From: Chitinophagales bacterium
GTDB lineage: Bacteria > Bacteroidota > Bacteroidia > Chitinophagales > Chitinophagaceae
Direction of reading: 5' to 3'
Assembly: GCA_038229695.1 (NCBI GenBank)
Contig: JBBROE010000003.1
Span: forward strand, 16,006-80,005
Length of the DNA stretch: 64,000 bases
How positions within the stretch are numbered: the first letter of the stretch is position 1; each line of letters opens with the position of its first letter. The position numbers were made by a program, and so were the translations under genes. The notes under the pieces are model-generated. The model was not told the DNA's origin. It did not search any database and saw nothing but the letters and a program-made list of their open reading frames with translations. Shown piece by piece: positions 48,083-56,833 of the stretch.

Positions 48083-49249
48083 ATGCCAGGTAATTCACAG
48101 GCCCATCCGGTGCCCCCGATCCTTAAGCCTTATGTCGCAAAAAACTCCATCGTCACGCGGTCCCCGGGCAGAATTAATCTTATTGGGGAGCATACGGATT
48201 ATAACAACGGATTTGTGCTGCCTGCGGCAATCGACAAAGCGGCCTACCTGGTGATGACGCCAAGGGCCGACGGAGTTATTCACCTGCGAGCTGCCGATAT
48301 GGATGAAGTCTACAGTACCTCCGTTTCTCGCCTGGAGAAAGCAACGCATACCGCATGGCCCAATTATATGCTGGGGGTGGTGCAGCAATTTCTTGACGCC
48401 GGAGTTTCGGTGGCTGGTTTTGATGCTACACTTTCCGCTGACATTCCCGTGGGTGCCGGTCTCTCGTCTTCCGCTGCTGTGGAATGCGCGGTGGCCCTTG
48501 CACTCAATAAATTGTCGGGTGCGGGCCTAGATAAGCTTTCGCTGGTGAGACTGGCACAGAAAGCAGAGAACGAGTATGTGGGTGTGCAATGCGGTATCAT
48601 GGACCAGTTCGCCAGTATGTTTGGAAAGAAGGATTACGTAATCCGTTTGGACTGCCGGTCGCTGGCGTATACCTACGTGCCGTTTAACATGGGCGGTATA
48701 AAAATTGTGTTGCTCGATACCAATGTGAAGCATTCCCTCGGCTCCTCGGCCTACAACGATCGCCGCGCCCAATGTGAAACAGGTGTTGCCTGGATGAGGG
48801 CCCAGGACAACTCGGTAAACAGCCTGCGAGACGCTACAATGGACATGCTGAACGCCTGGGTACTGCCGCGGGATCCGCTGATTTACCAGCGCTGCCGGTA
48901 CGTGGTGGAAGAAAATGGACGGCTGCTGGCCGCCTGTGATGATTTGGAAGCCGGCGACCTCCCTGCTTTCGGGCGAAAAATGTATGCCACGCACGAAGGG
49001 CTTAGCCGCGACTATGAAGTGAGCTGCCCCGAAGCAGACTTCCTGGTGGATGCGGTGAAGCTGCTTCCGACGGTATTGGGAGCGCGTATGATGGGCGGCG
49101 GATTCGGCGGCTGCACGATCAACCTGGTAGAGGAGGGAGCGGTAGAAGAAATGATCAGGAGCTGCCGTGATGCCTATCGTAAAAAGATGAACCGGCAACT
49201 CAAAGCGTATATCGCTAATATTGAATCAGGCAGTTCGGTGATTGCGTAA
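48083..49249 (+). CDS. galK: galactokinase
   Basis: GRINLIGEHTDYNNGFVLPAAID (galactokinase signature), GHMP motif PVGAGLSSSAAVE, and ..GARMMGGGFGGCTINL.. Confidence 0.93.
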   Translation: MPGNSQAHPVPPILKPYVAKNSIVTRSPGRINLIGEHTDYNNGFVLPAAIDKAAYLVMTPRADGVIHLRAADMDEVYSTSVSRLEKATHTAWPNYMLGVVQQFLDAGVSVAGFDATLSADIPVGAGLSSSAAVECAVALALNKLSGAGLDKLSLVRLAQKAENEYVGVQCGIMDQFASMFGKKDYVIRLDCRSLAYTYVPFNMGGIKIVLLDTNVKHSLGSSAYNDRRAQCETGVAWMRAQDNSVNSLRDATMDMLNAWVLPRDPLIYQRCRYVVEENGRLLAACDDLEAGDLPAFGRKMYATHEGLSRDYEVSCPEADFLVDAVKLLPTVLGARMMGGGFGGCTINLVEEGAVEEMIRSCRDAYRKKMNRQLKAYIANIESGSSVIA

Positions 49250-49285
49250 AGGTTGGTGCGGTCAATACCGGGTACATGCGCTGTT

Positions 49286-50131
49286 TCATCGATTTTTTTT
49301 CTCAGCTGATGGCGATGGTACTCCATCAAAAAATTTCCTGAAAAATATCAGTTGGTAGTCGATGCTGTTTTTCCAGTAGGCTGCGGAGTGCATGCCGGGT
49401 CGCTCGGCGTAGTCATGTTCAATCTGCAGTTTTAATAGTTTCTGATGGAGGCTTCGGTTGGGAAAGATCAGAAAGTCATAGATGCCGCAATCGATCGTGA
49501 TTTTCAGCTCCCGGTTTTTGAGATGGTTGACGAGGTTGATGACGGAGTTGTCTTGTAAGTTGGCCAGCCCGGCTGTGCTGTCCCCAAACAGCGATTTAAA
49601 ATTCATTCCTTTCGGGAAAAAAGACAGATCGACCAGCCCGCTGGTAGAGCCAGCAGCGCCGAAAATACCGGTATGGCGTATGGCAAGGTACAGTGCGCCG
49701 TGGCCGCCCATACTCAACCCGCTGATCGCGCGGTGATAACGATCTGCCACGGTAGGGAATACGCTGTCGATATGCTGCACCAGTTCCAGCGCTGTGAAGC
49801 TGTCATAACGGATAGAATCGTTGACCGGACTGTCCACGTACCAGCTACCATAGCCCCCGTCGGGACAGACGATGATCAGGTTCAGATCGTCCACTTTGGA
49901 TTTTAACTGCGGTGCCACGGTGAGCCAGCGGGCATAGTTGCCGGCATATCCGTGGAGGAGGTAGAGTACGGGGTAACGTCGTCCGGATGTTTTGGCCGAT
50001 GAAGGCGTGACGACCACGCAGCGTATCGTTTTATGCATGGCGGTGCTGTAGACGTCGATGGTATCGACGCGGCCGGCACGGGAGCATAAAAAAAACAGGG
50101 ATGCCGTAATGAGCAGGATGATTTTTTTCAT
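49286..50131 (-). CDS. secreted esterase (alpha/beta hydrolase, putative-esterase/esterase D-like family)
   Basis: Signal peptide; YPVLYLLHGYAGNYARW and nucleophile elbow GLSMGGHGAL. Confidence 0.8.
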   Translation of the reverse strand: MKKIILLITASLFFLCSRAGRVDTIDVYSTAMHKTIRCVVVTPSSAKTSGRRYPVLYLLHGYAGNYARWLTVAPQLKSKVDDLNLIIVCPDGGYGSWYVDSPVNDSIRYDSFTALELVQHIDSVFPTVADRYHRAISGLSMGGHGALYLAIRHTGIFGAAGSTSGLVDLSFFPKGMNFKSLFGDSTAGLANLQDNSVINLVNHLKNRELKITIDCGIYDFLIFPNRSLHQKLLKLQIEHDYAERPGMHSAAYWKNSIDYQLIFFRKFFDGVPSPSAEKKNR

Positions 50132-50240
50132 GATGTGAGTCGTCGCACGAAACTACTAGGTTTGCCTGAATCGCGGTACAGGGGGAGGATGAAAAGGCTG
50201 GCGGTGGATAAATTGGCGGTTTCCTGAGTAAGGATTTGTG

Positions 50241-51105
50241 CTGCTTCCCGGCAACGTCTCCCTGACGGGTACGTTGCGGTCTTTCCAGGAATATTTTTTC
50301 GCAAAAGTTGTCATTCCTACTTTTTGCTTCGCCAAAAAAGTAGGTAAAAAAGGTAACCCGAAAACGATGACGGTCCGTTACCTCCGCTGCTTCCCGGCAA
50401 CGTCTCTCTGACGGGTACGTTGCGGTCTTTCCAGGCATATTTTTTCGCAAATGTTTTCATTCCTACTTTTTTGCTTCGCCAAAAAAGTAGGCAAAAAAGG
50501 CGACCCGAAAACGAGGACAGCCGTTTTCGGGGGGTACTTCGGGGAGCTGTTGTGCTCAGAGGTGAAGGGCAGCGGGGCACTGGTCAGCGCCTTAGATCTG
50601 GCCTGTGAAGGATCGGTAACTGATGTTGACGATAAATTAAGGCTGAGTATCAATCGCAGAATCTTTTCATCCTTTAATCGGTCTAATCCTAATTCAGACA
50701 ATAGCCGGCACAGCACCCCGAAAACAACAACGGCCCGTTTCCTCCGCTGCTTCCCGGCAACGTCTCTCTGGCGGGTACGTTGCGGTCTTTCCAAGCATAT
50801 TTTTTCGCAAATGTTTTCATTCCTACTTTTTTGCTTCGCCAAACAAGTAGGCAAAAAAGGCGACCCGAAAACGAGGACAGCCGTTTTCGGGGGGTTCTTC
50901 GGGGAGCTGTTGTGCTCAGAGGTGAAGGGCAGCGGGGCACTGGTCCGCGCCTTAGATCTGGCCTGTGAAGAATCGGTAACTGATGTGTAGGACCCATCAA
51001 GGTTAAGCATTAACCGGAACACCTTTTCATCCTTCCATCCGTCTAATTGTAATTCAGCCAAGAAGCGGCAACGGCGACCCGAAAACGAGGAGAGCCGTTT
51101 TCGGG
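50241..51105. repeat. tandem array of a modular three-hairpin element (copies of ~140, 360 and 360 bp)
   Basis: Direct reading: CCTCCGCTGCTTCCCGGCAACGT.. recurs at 50381 and 50741 (exactly 360 bp apart), with a shortened copy from 50241. There are 6 mismatches in the first ~246 nt of the two long copies. Three conserved stem-loops per unit; coordinates are in the findings. Confidence 0.9.
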
Positions 51106-51136
51106 TTGCTACAGTAATCGGGTAGGGCCGCGGAAA

Positions 51137-51171
51137 TAATTTTGACATATCAGTACAATTTAATAATTTTG
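51137..51171 (+). promoter_or_regulatory. two TAATTTTG -7-type promoter boxes upstream of the SPFH gene
   Basis: TAATTTTG at 51137-51144 and 51164-51171. The second overlaps the inverted repeat TGATAT-N7-ATATCA (51170-51188). ATG at 51206. Confidence 0.4.
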
Positions 51172-51205
51172 ATATCATATTAATATCATTATAAAACTAT
51201 CTGCT

Positions 51206-52084
51206 ATGGAAAAAGAAATAAAAACCATCCCTGGTTTCCTCGCCTTAATCATGGCCATTTTTTCACTAATTGGCGCCATCACTTGTTTTGTAACCGGTGC
51301 CGGTCCGGGCCACAGCAGCAAGAGCGGCCTGCTCCTGCTGGGTTTTGTGCTTGTCCTGGTTTCAGTTTTTCTGTTTAAGGGTATCATGATCGTAAATCCC
51401 AATCATGCCCGCGTATGTACGTTTTTTGGGAAGTATGTAGGCACCGTAAAAGAGAATGGGTTACGGTGGATCAACCCGTTTTTTTCTAGTTACCGGATTT
51501 CGCTGCGCTCGCAGAATCTCAATGGCCAGCAGCTGAAGGTCAACGACAAAATGGGGAACCCGATTGAAATTGCGGCCGTAATTGTATGGCAGGTTAGCGA
51601 CACTTACCGCGCATCTTTCGAGGTGGCCGATTACCAGCAGTATGTTGGCATCCAGAGTGAAGCTGCGGTAAGGCACCTGGCATCGACCTGTCCTTATGAC
51701 CAGATGGAAGACCAGACTGCCGAAATAACCCTTCGGGATGGTGGGGAGAAAGTAAATGAAATGCTGGAGCAGGAACTGGCCGACAGGCTGGCCCCGGCAG
51801 GAATACTGATCAAGGAAGCTCGGATCAGTCACCTTGCCTATGCCCCTGAAATAGCGGGGGCGATGCTGCAGCGGCAACAGGCCACGGCCATCGTGGCGGC
51901 ACGGTTTAAAATTGTGGAAGGCGCGGTGGGCATGGTTGAGCTGGCACTGGAGATGCTCAGCAAAAAGAATATCGTAAATCTGGACGAGGAGAAGAAAGCC
52001 GCGATGGTGAGTAACCTGATGGTGGTACTCTGCGGAGAAAAAGCGGCGACACCGGTTTTGAATACCGGCACGCTTTACCAGTAA
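51206..52084 (+). CDS. SPFH/band-7 domain membrane protein
   Basis: Two N-terminal TM helices, then IVNPNHARVCTFFGKYVGTVKENGLRWINPF..IEIAAVIVWQVSD..AVRHLAS.. and an Ala-rich coiled C-terminus typical of the stomatin/prohibitin-like fold. Confidence 0.88.
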   Translation: MEKEIKTIPGFLALIMAIFSLIGAITCFVTGAGPGHSSKSGLLLLGFVLVLVSVFLFKGIMIVNPNHARVCTFFGKYVGTVKENGLRWINPFFSSYRISLRSQNLNGQQLKVNDKMGNPIEIAAVIVWQVSDTYRASFEVADYQQYVGIQSEAAVRHLASTCPYDQMEDQTAEITLRDGGEKVNEMLEQELADRLAPAGILIKEARISHLAYAPEIAGAMLQRQQATAIVAARFKIVEGAVGMVELALEMLSKKNIVNLDEEKKAAMVSNLMVVLCGEKAATPVLNTGTLYQ

Positions 52085-52110
52085 TTTTCGATCAATTTAA
52101 CCAGCGTGGA

Positions 52111-52296
52111 ATGGCAGATAAAAAAACTTTTGTACTGCGGATAGATGAGCAGGTCTACAAATTGCTGGAGAAGTGGGCTGCGGATGATTTCCGGAGTGTA
52201 AATGGCCAGATTGAGTGGCTCATCGATCAGCAGCTCAAATCTTCCGGAAGGATGCGCGGGGGCAAAGCACCGCAGGGCGGCAAGCCCGGGAAATAG
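52111..52296 (+). CDS. Arc/MetJ-type ribbon-helix-helix DNA-binding protein
   Basis: KKTFVLRIDEQVYKLLEKWAADDFRSVNGQIEWLIDQQLK follows the Arc pattern (beta strand, helix, RS.N..I..L helix). Basic Gly/Lys tail. Confidence 0.6.
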   Translation: MADKKTFVLRIDEQVYKLLEKWAADDFRSVNGQIEWLIDQQLKSSGRMRGGKAPQGGKPGK

Positions 52297-52310
52297 CATT
52301 TTGCTGATAG

Positions 52311-52346
52311 AAAAAGCCTGGCTTCCGGAAGGGAGCCAGGCTTTTA
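52311..52346. terminator. bidirectional rho-independent terminator between the RHH gene and icd
   Basis: AAAAA-GCCTGGCT (52316-52323) / AGCCAGGC (52334-52341)-TTTT. The 8-bp GC-rich stem has A and T runs on either side, between convergent genes. Confidence 0.75.
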
Positions 52347-52374
52347 TAGGGGCGCATTTTTTATTCAGGCGTAT

Positions 52375-53607
52375 TTACCCCAGTTTCTTTTGCAGGTTGC
52401 TGTCGATCGCTTCCAGGAATTCCTCGGTATATAAAAAATCGGTACCGTGTTTTACCTTGTTGCCATGGATACAAACGGCAAGGTCTTTCGTCATTTTTCC
52501 TTCTTCCACGGTCTCGATGCAAACTGCTTCAAGGGCGTTGGCAAAGTCGACGAGGGGTTGGTTGTCATCGAGTTTACCCCTGAAGGCGAGGCCTCTTGTC
52601 CAGGCAAAAATTGAAGCAATGGGATTGGTTGAGGTGGGCTTCCCGGCCTGGTGGTCGCGGTAGTGACGGGTAACCGTACCGTGGGCCGCTTCTGCTTCCA
52701 TCGTTTTGCCGTCGGGCGTCACCAGCACGGAGGTCATTAGGCCAAGGCTGCCGAAACCCTGGGCTACAGTATCACTCTGTACATCACCATCATAGTTTTT
52801 ACAGGCCCATACAAAATTACCGTTCCATTTGAGGGCGCTGGCGACCATGTCGTCAATCAGGCGGTGTTCATACACAATGCCGGCAGTATCAAAATCAGTT
52901 TTAAATTCTTTCTCAAAAATGTCCTGGAAGATGTCTTTAAACCGCCCGTCGTATTTCTTGAGGATGGTATTTTTGGTTGACAGGTAGAGGGGCCATTTCT
53001 TGCTGAGGGCCATATTAAAACAGCTGCGCGCAAAGCCCGTGATACTCTCGTCCGTGTTATACATGCACATGGCTACCCCATCGCCCTTAAAATTAAAAAC
53101 TTCAAATGCCTGGGGTGCACCGCCGTCTTCGGGTGTGAAGGTCATGGTGAGCTTACCGCGACCTTTGATGACGGTGTCGGTGGCGCGGTACTGGTCTCCG
53201 AACGCGTGGCGGCCGACGATGATTGGGGCAGTCCAGTTGGTGACCAGGCGCGGAATATTTTTGATTACGATGGGTTCCCGGAATACGGTGCCATCCAGGA
53301 TATTGCGGATAGTACCATTGGGGCTTTTCCACATCTGTTTCAGGCTAAATTCCTTTACCCGTGCTTCATCAGGAGTAATCGTAGCACACTTAATACCCAC
53401 CCCGTATTGCCTGATGGCGTTCGCCGCTTCCACGGTTACATGGTCATCCGTTTTGTCCCGGTATTCCATGCCGAGATCGTAATATTTTATATCGATATCA
53501 AGGTAGGGAAGTATGAGTTTGTCCTTGATAAATTTCCAGATGATTCGGGTCATTTCATCGCCGTCCAGTTCCACTACCGGGTTGGCAACTTTGATCTTTT
53601 TCGCCAT
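52375..53607 (-). CDS. icd: NADP-dependent isocitrate dehydrogenase (eukaryotic IDH1/2-like type)
   Basis: Start refined to [63 protein letters not shown], near-collinear with IDH1-type enzymes. Confidence 0.95.
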   Translation of the reverse strand: MAKKIKVANPVVELDGDEMTRIIWKFIKDKLILPYLDIDIKYYDLGMEYRDKTDDHVTVEAANAIRQYGVGIKCATITPDEARVKEFSLKQMWKSPNGTIRNILDGTVFREPIVIKNIPRLVTNWTAPIIVGRHAFGDQYRATDTVIKGRGKLTMTFTPEDGGAPQAFEVFNFKGDGVAMCMYNTDESITGFARSCFNMALSKKWPLYLSTKNTILKKYDGRFKDIFQDIFEKEFKTDFDTAGIVYEHRLIDDMVASALKWNGNFVWACKNYDGDVQSDTVAQGFGSLGLMTSVLVTPDGKTMEAEAAHGTVTRHYRDHQAGKPTSTNPIASIFAWTRGLAFRGKLDDNQPLVDFANALEAVCIETVEEGKMTKDLAVCIHGNKVKHGTDFLYTEEFLEAIDSNLQKKLG

Positions 53608-53782
53608 GGGCTTGTTTTTGTTTTGAGTGAATGGCAAACCTACATAATTTGAAGGATTTAACAAGTTTGTGGAGGGTTTGTTACCGGCCGGTAAGAAGCC
53701 TTAGCCATTTGATTGTCGGGCGGCTATTTTTTTTTAACTTTATCTAACACCGGTATCCTTTAAAGCGCTGAATGAGTACTTC

Positions 53783-54364
53783 ATGAAAAATCTTTATGCA
53801 TACATGTGCAGGTTTGCGCCTGTTACTCCGGAAGAATTCCAGCATTTCTCCACTTTGTTGGAGAAGGTTAATTGTCCGAAAAAAAAGATGCTGACACGCG
53901 CGGGGGAAGTGGAACAATATCTTTATATCATCAGCAGCGGCCTGGTAAGAAAATTCTTCCTGCGCAAGAAGGATGAAGTGGTCACCCAGCTGGCGCGGGA
54001 GGGTGATTTGGTATGTTCCTCGGTTTCATTTCTTTCACAGCAACCTTCGGAATATTTCGTGGAAACGCTTGAGCCGTGCATCCTGCTGGCTATCAGTTTT
54101 GACAACCTGCAGAAGATGTACAATTTAGGAGAGCATACGGAACGGCTGGGGCGCCTGATTACCATCGACTGGCTGCTGCAAAAGGAACAGTGGGAGCATG
54201 ACCGGCTACGCCAGCAGCCAAGGGAGAGGTTCATCCGTTTCATGCGTGAAAACGGGGACCTGGTGCAGCGGATACCCCAGAAATATTTAGCCTCTTACCT
54301 GAATATGAAACCTGAAACTTTCAGCCGTTACAAGCACCTGCTGAAAAGCAGTGCGTATTCGTAA
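53783..54364 (+). CDS. Crp/Fnr-family transcriptional regulator (cNMP-binding domain plus HTH)
   Basis: 193 aa; beta-roll region ..AGEVEQYLYIISSGLVRKF.. and C-terminal HTH RIPQKYLASYLNMKPETFSRYK. Confidence 0.85.
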   Translation: MKNLYAYMCRFAPVTPEEFQHFSTLLEKVNCPKKKMLTRAGEVEQYLYIISSGLVRKFFLRKKDEVVTQLAREGDLVCSSVSFLSQQPSEYFVETLEPCILLAISFDNLQKMYNLGEHTERLGRLITIDWLLQKEQWEHDRLRQQPRERFIRFMRENGDLVQRIPQKYLASYLNMKPETFSRYKHLLKSSAYS

Positions 54365-54376
54365 ATTTTTTTAATC

Positions 54377-55003
54377 ATGCCTGAGCAGGATTTATACCGG
54401 CAGTACCTCGATAACGTGTACCAATATTTTTGCGGGTTCATTGACCTGAGCCGTGTAGAATTTGACCAGATTGTTCCTTATTTTGTGATTAGGAAATTTC
54501 CAAAAAAGACAAAGGTACTGGCAGCGGGAGAAACAGACCGCTATTTCAACATCATTATGAAGGGTGTGGCACGGAAGTACCTGGTTGCGCACAATAAGGA
54601 AATCACGCTGCAACTGTCAACGGAAGGTCACCTTATTCATTCAGATATTTCCTTCAACCTGCAACAGCCGTCTGATTGTACCATCGAAACCATCGAACCG
54701 GTAGTCCTGTTATCGATGAGCTACGATAACATGCAGCATGTGTATCAAATGCTGCCAAAAACGGAAAGGATGGGCCGGCTGATCATCACGGAAATGTTTA
54801 TTAAGAAAGACCGGCGCGATTTTCAGCAGCTCAACACCACGACACGGGAACGTTTCCTCCAGTACATGGAAAAGCATCCGCACATGCTGCAACGCGTGCC
54901 GCAAAAGTACCTGGCGTCTTATTTAAACATCAAGCAGGAAACTTTCAGCAGGCTGAAGCATCTTCTTCGTCCGAAAAAGCAGCGGGTTTCAGCAAAGGGA
55001 TGA
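54377..55003 (+). CDS. Crp/Fnr-family transcriptional regulator, tandem paralogue
   Basis: 208 aa; same architecture, with HTH RVPQKYLASYLNIKQETFSRLK nearly identical to the upstream paralogue. Confidence 0.85.
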   Translation: MPEQDLYRQYLDNVYQYFCGFIDLSRVEFDQIVPYFVIRKFPKKTKVLAAGETDRYFNIIMKGVARKYLVAHNKEITLQLSTEGHLIHSDISFNLQQPSDCTIETIEPVVLLSMSYDNMQHVYQMLPKTERMGRLIITEMFIKKDRRDFQQLNTTTRERFLQYMEKHPHMLQRVPQKYLASYLNIKQETFSRLKHLLRPKKQRVSAKG

Positions 55004-55014
55004 CGGCCCGGCAG

Positions 55015-55045
55015 AAAAATACCTTCCCGCCGAAGCGGAAAGGTA
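55015..55045 (-). terminator. terminator of the alpha-glucan phosphorylase gene
   Basis: Minus strand reads TACCTTTCCGC-ttcg-GCGGGAAGGTA followed by TTTTT. One mismatch in the stem. Confidence 0.6.
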
Positions 55046-55064
55046 AAGCCGTTGGTCGCGCGGG

Positions 55065-56723
55065 TTATTTGTACAGCAGTTCGTAATATTCGTTGGCCAT
55101 GCGGTTGCTTTCAAACTGGAAGCGGACGTCACGCATCCCGTTTTTCATTACCTGGCGCCAGGTATCCGGGTTGTCATAATACAGCGGCAGCATTTCCGTT
55201 TCCAGGATTTCATACAGCGAATTGAGATCGTATTCATCCTGTTCCTGCACATGCATGTTGGCATAATCCGCCTTCGGCACCACGAACCCATTGTTGCCGT
55301 GGTTGACGAATTCGGGGATCCATCCATCGTCGGTGGAGAGGTTTACCGCACCGTTCATGGCGGCAGTCATACCACTTGTGCCGGAAGCTTCACGCGGAAC
55401 ACGGGGATTATTGAGCCAGCAATCGGCCGCCTGCTTCATTCTTTTTGACAGGGCCAGCTCATAGCCGATTACAACAGCCACATTTTTGTAGCCCCGGCTG
55501 AGGTGCACAAGGTGGTTAAAGTCGTTGATAGCAGGGTAGTCCATCGGGTAGGGCTTACCGCCCCATATGATTTGCACCGGGTATTTCTTACCTGAGGTGA
55601 GCTTATTGAACCGCTCGATATCCCGGGTGATCAGTTCTGCCCGTTTATAGCCTGCGAAGCGCCTGGCCCATACGATCGTAAAAACATTGGGATCGAAAAG
55701 TTTGCCGGTCTGGTCAGCCACGATTTCGAAGGCTCTTTTCTTGAGGTGCTTTTTGCGGTCGTCGAACCAGAAATCGTCCGCTTTTTCCATTTTATCGTAC
55801 AGTTGCTTATCCGCCCAGTACCGGTAATTCTGTGCGTTGGTTATTGAAATGATGGGACAGATGCCTTCGTATTTACTCCACATGGCCCGGGAAACGTGAC
55901 CGTGCAGTTCCGAGACGCCGTTGGCGAGCTTCGCGAAACGCAGTGCAACAAGCGAATGGTTGAACTGGTTATCGGTCATTCCTGTCAGCTTGCGGGCCTC
56001 GTCGAGAGACAAACCGCAGAAATAACTCATTTTATGGCAGAGGTAAATATCGTGTTTTTCATTGCCGGCTTCTTCGGGCGTATGGGTGGTGAATACGAGC
56101 CGTTTTTTTACTTCGCCGATATTCTTATTGTATTTCTGGTACAGGTAGAAAGCTGCACTGATGCCATGCGCCTCGTTCAGGTGATAGAGCTCTGGATTGA
56201 ATCCAATCTCATCCATCAGCTTGGCACCGCCAACACCGAGCAGGATAAACTGGGCCACTTTGGTAGCTACGTTGGCATCGTACAGGCGGTGGGTGATGGT
56301 CTGGGAAACATAATCGTTTTCTGGCAGGTCGGTACTTAGTAAAAAGATCGGGGCGCTTTTGAAGGTTTCGGGGTTGAGGTAAAATACTTTCACCCAGACC
56401 GGGTGTTCGTGGATACTGACCTGGAATTTAATGCCGGTGTCTTCAAGAAAGCTGGCATTTTTTTCCATCCAGGTAACCTGCAGGGTTTGATCCTGGTTCC
56501 TGGCCTGGTCATAATATCCGTATTTCCACAAAATGCCGATGCCAACCAGGTTTTGCCGTAGTTCGTAAGCGCTGCGCATATGGCTGCCCGATAGAAAGCC
56601 CAGGCCACCGCTGTAAATCTTTAGGGGCTGGTGTACGGCGAACTCCATGGAGAAGTAAGCTATTTTTTTTGCGTAACGGTCTTCAGGAGTGTAGGGTACT
56701 TTAAATTTTTTGAAATTGGTCAT
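55065..56723 (-). CDS. alpha-glucan phosphorylase (GT35, short bacterial type)
   Basis: 552 aa; AYFSMEFAVHQPLKIYSGGLGFLSGSHMRSA.., ..FTTHTPEEAGNE.., ..EASGTSGMTAAMNGAVNLS.. (PLP Lys region replaced by the T-S-G-M context typical of this subfamily). Confidence 0.88.
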   Translation of the reverse strand: MTNFKKFKVPYTPEDRYAKKIAYFSMEFAVHQPLKIYSGGLGFLSGSHMRSAYELRQNLVGIGILWKYGYYDQARNQDQTLQVTWMEKNASFLEDTGIKFQVSIHEHPVWVKVFYLNPETFKSAPIFLLSTDLPENDYVSQTITHRLYDANVATKVAQFILLGVGGAKLMDEIGFNPELYHLNEAHGISAAFYLYQKYNKNIGEVKKRLVFTTHTPEEAGNEKHDIYLCHKMSYFCGLSLDEARKLTGMTDNQFNHSLVALRFAKLANGVSELHGHVSRAMWSKYEGICPIISITNAQNYRYWADKQLYDKMEKADDFWFDDRKKHLKKRAFEIVADQTGKLFDPNVFTIVWARRFAGYKRAELITRDIERFNKLTSGKKYPVQIIWGGKPYPMDYPAINDFNHLVHLSRGYKNVAVVIGYELALSKRMKQAADCWLNNPRVPREASGTSGMTAAMNGAVNLSTDDGWIPEFVNHGNNGFVVPKADYANMHVQEQDEYDLNSLYEILETEMLPLYYDNPDTWRQVMKNGMRDVRFQFESNRMANEYYELLYK

Positions 56724-56833
56724 TACTTTAATACGTTTTAGCTGTCAGGGTTGCAAAATAACGGTAAAAAAAATAAAGAATTGTGGAACCAGCCACCGTT
56801 ATCGCCCTCATAGCCTGGTTTGAATACCTCCGT

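Noticed and set aside
44254-49198. Minus-strand ORFs at 44254-45030 (258 aa), 46223-47059 (278 aa) and 48527-49198 (223 aa).
   Set aside because: They are antisense to the MFS transporter, amylosucrase and galK genes respectively, all of which carry strong family motifs.
50381-51100. A template/variable repeat pair of a diversity-generating retroelement. All six mismatches in the conserved 246 nt involve an adenine in one of the two copies.
   Set aside because: The adenines are split between the two copies (4 in B, 2 in C), and three of the six are ordinary A/G transitions. Neither copy lies in a credible target gene, and no reverse transcriptase is in the window. Six sites are too few to carry weight.
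50241-51105. A CRISPR array, suggested by the recurring ~28-nt palindromic CCCGAAAACG..CGTTTTCGGG element at intervals of 148 and ~212 nt.
   Set aside because: The would-be spacers are themselves repeated at near identity. The true period is 360 bp. The repeat copies decay. No cas genes are in the window.
50378-51178. A 266-aa minus-strand ORF, plus plus-strand ORFs at 50451-50990, 50420-50608 and 50780-50968, spanning the repeat array. They could be read as an internally repetitive protein.
   Set aside because: Several frames on both strands are open at once. In both long frames, 4 of the 6 substitutions between the two 360-bp copies are non-synonymous, so there is no sign of purifying selection. 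The sequence is dominated by perfect 7-11 bp hairpins. The ORF ends exactly where the shortened copy breaks the frame. Non-coding repeat is the simpler reading.
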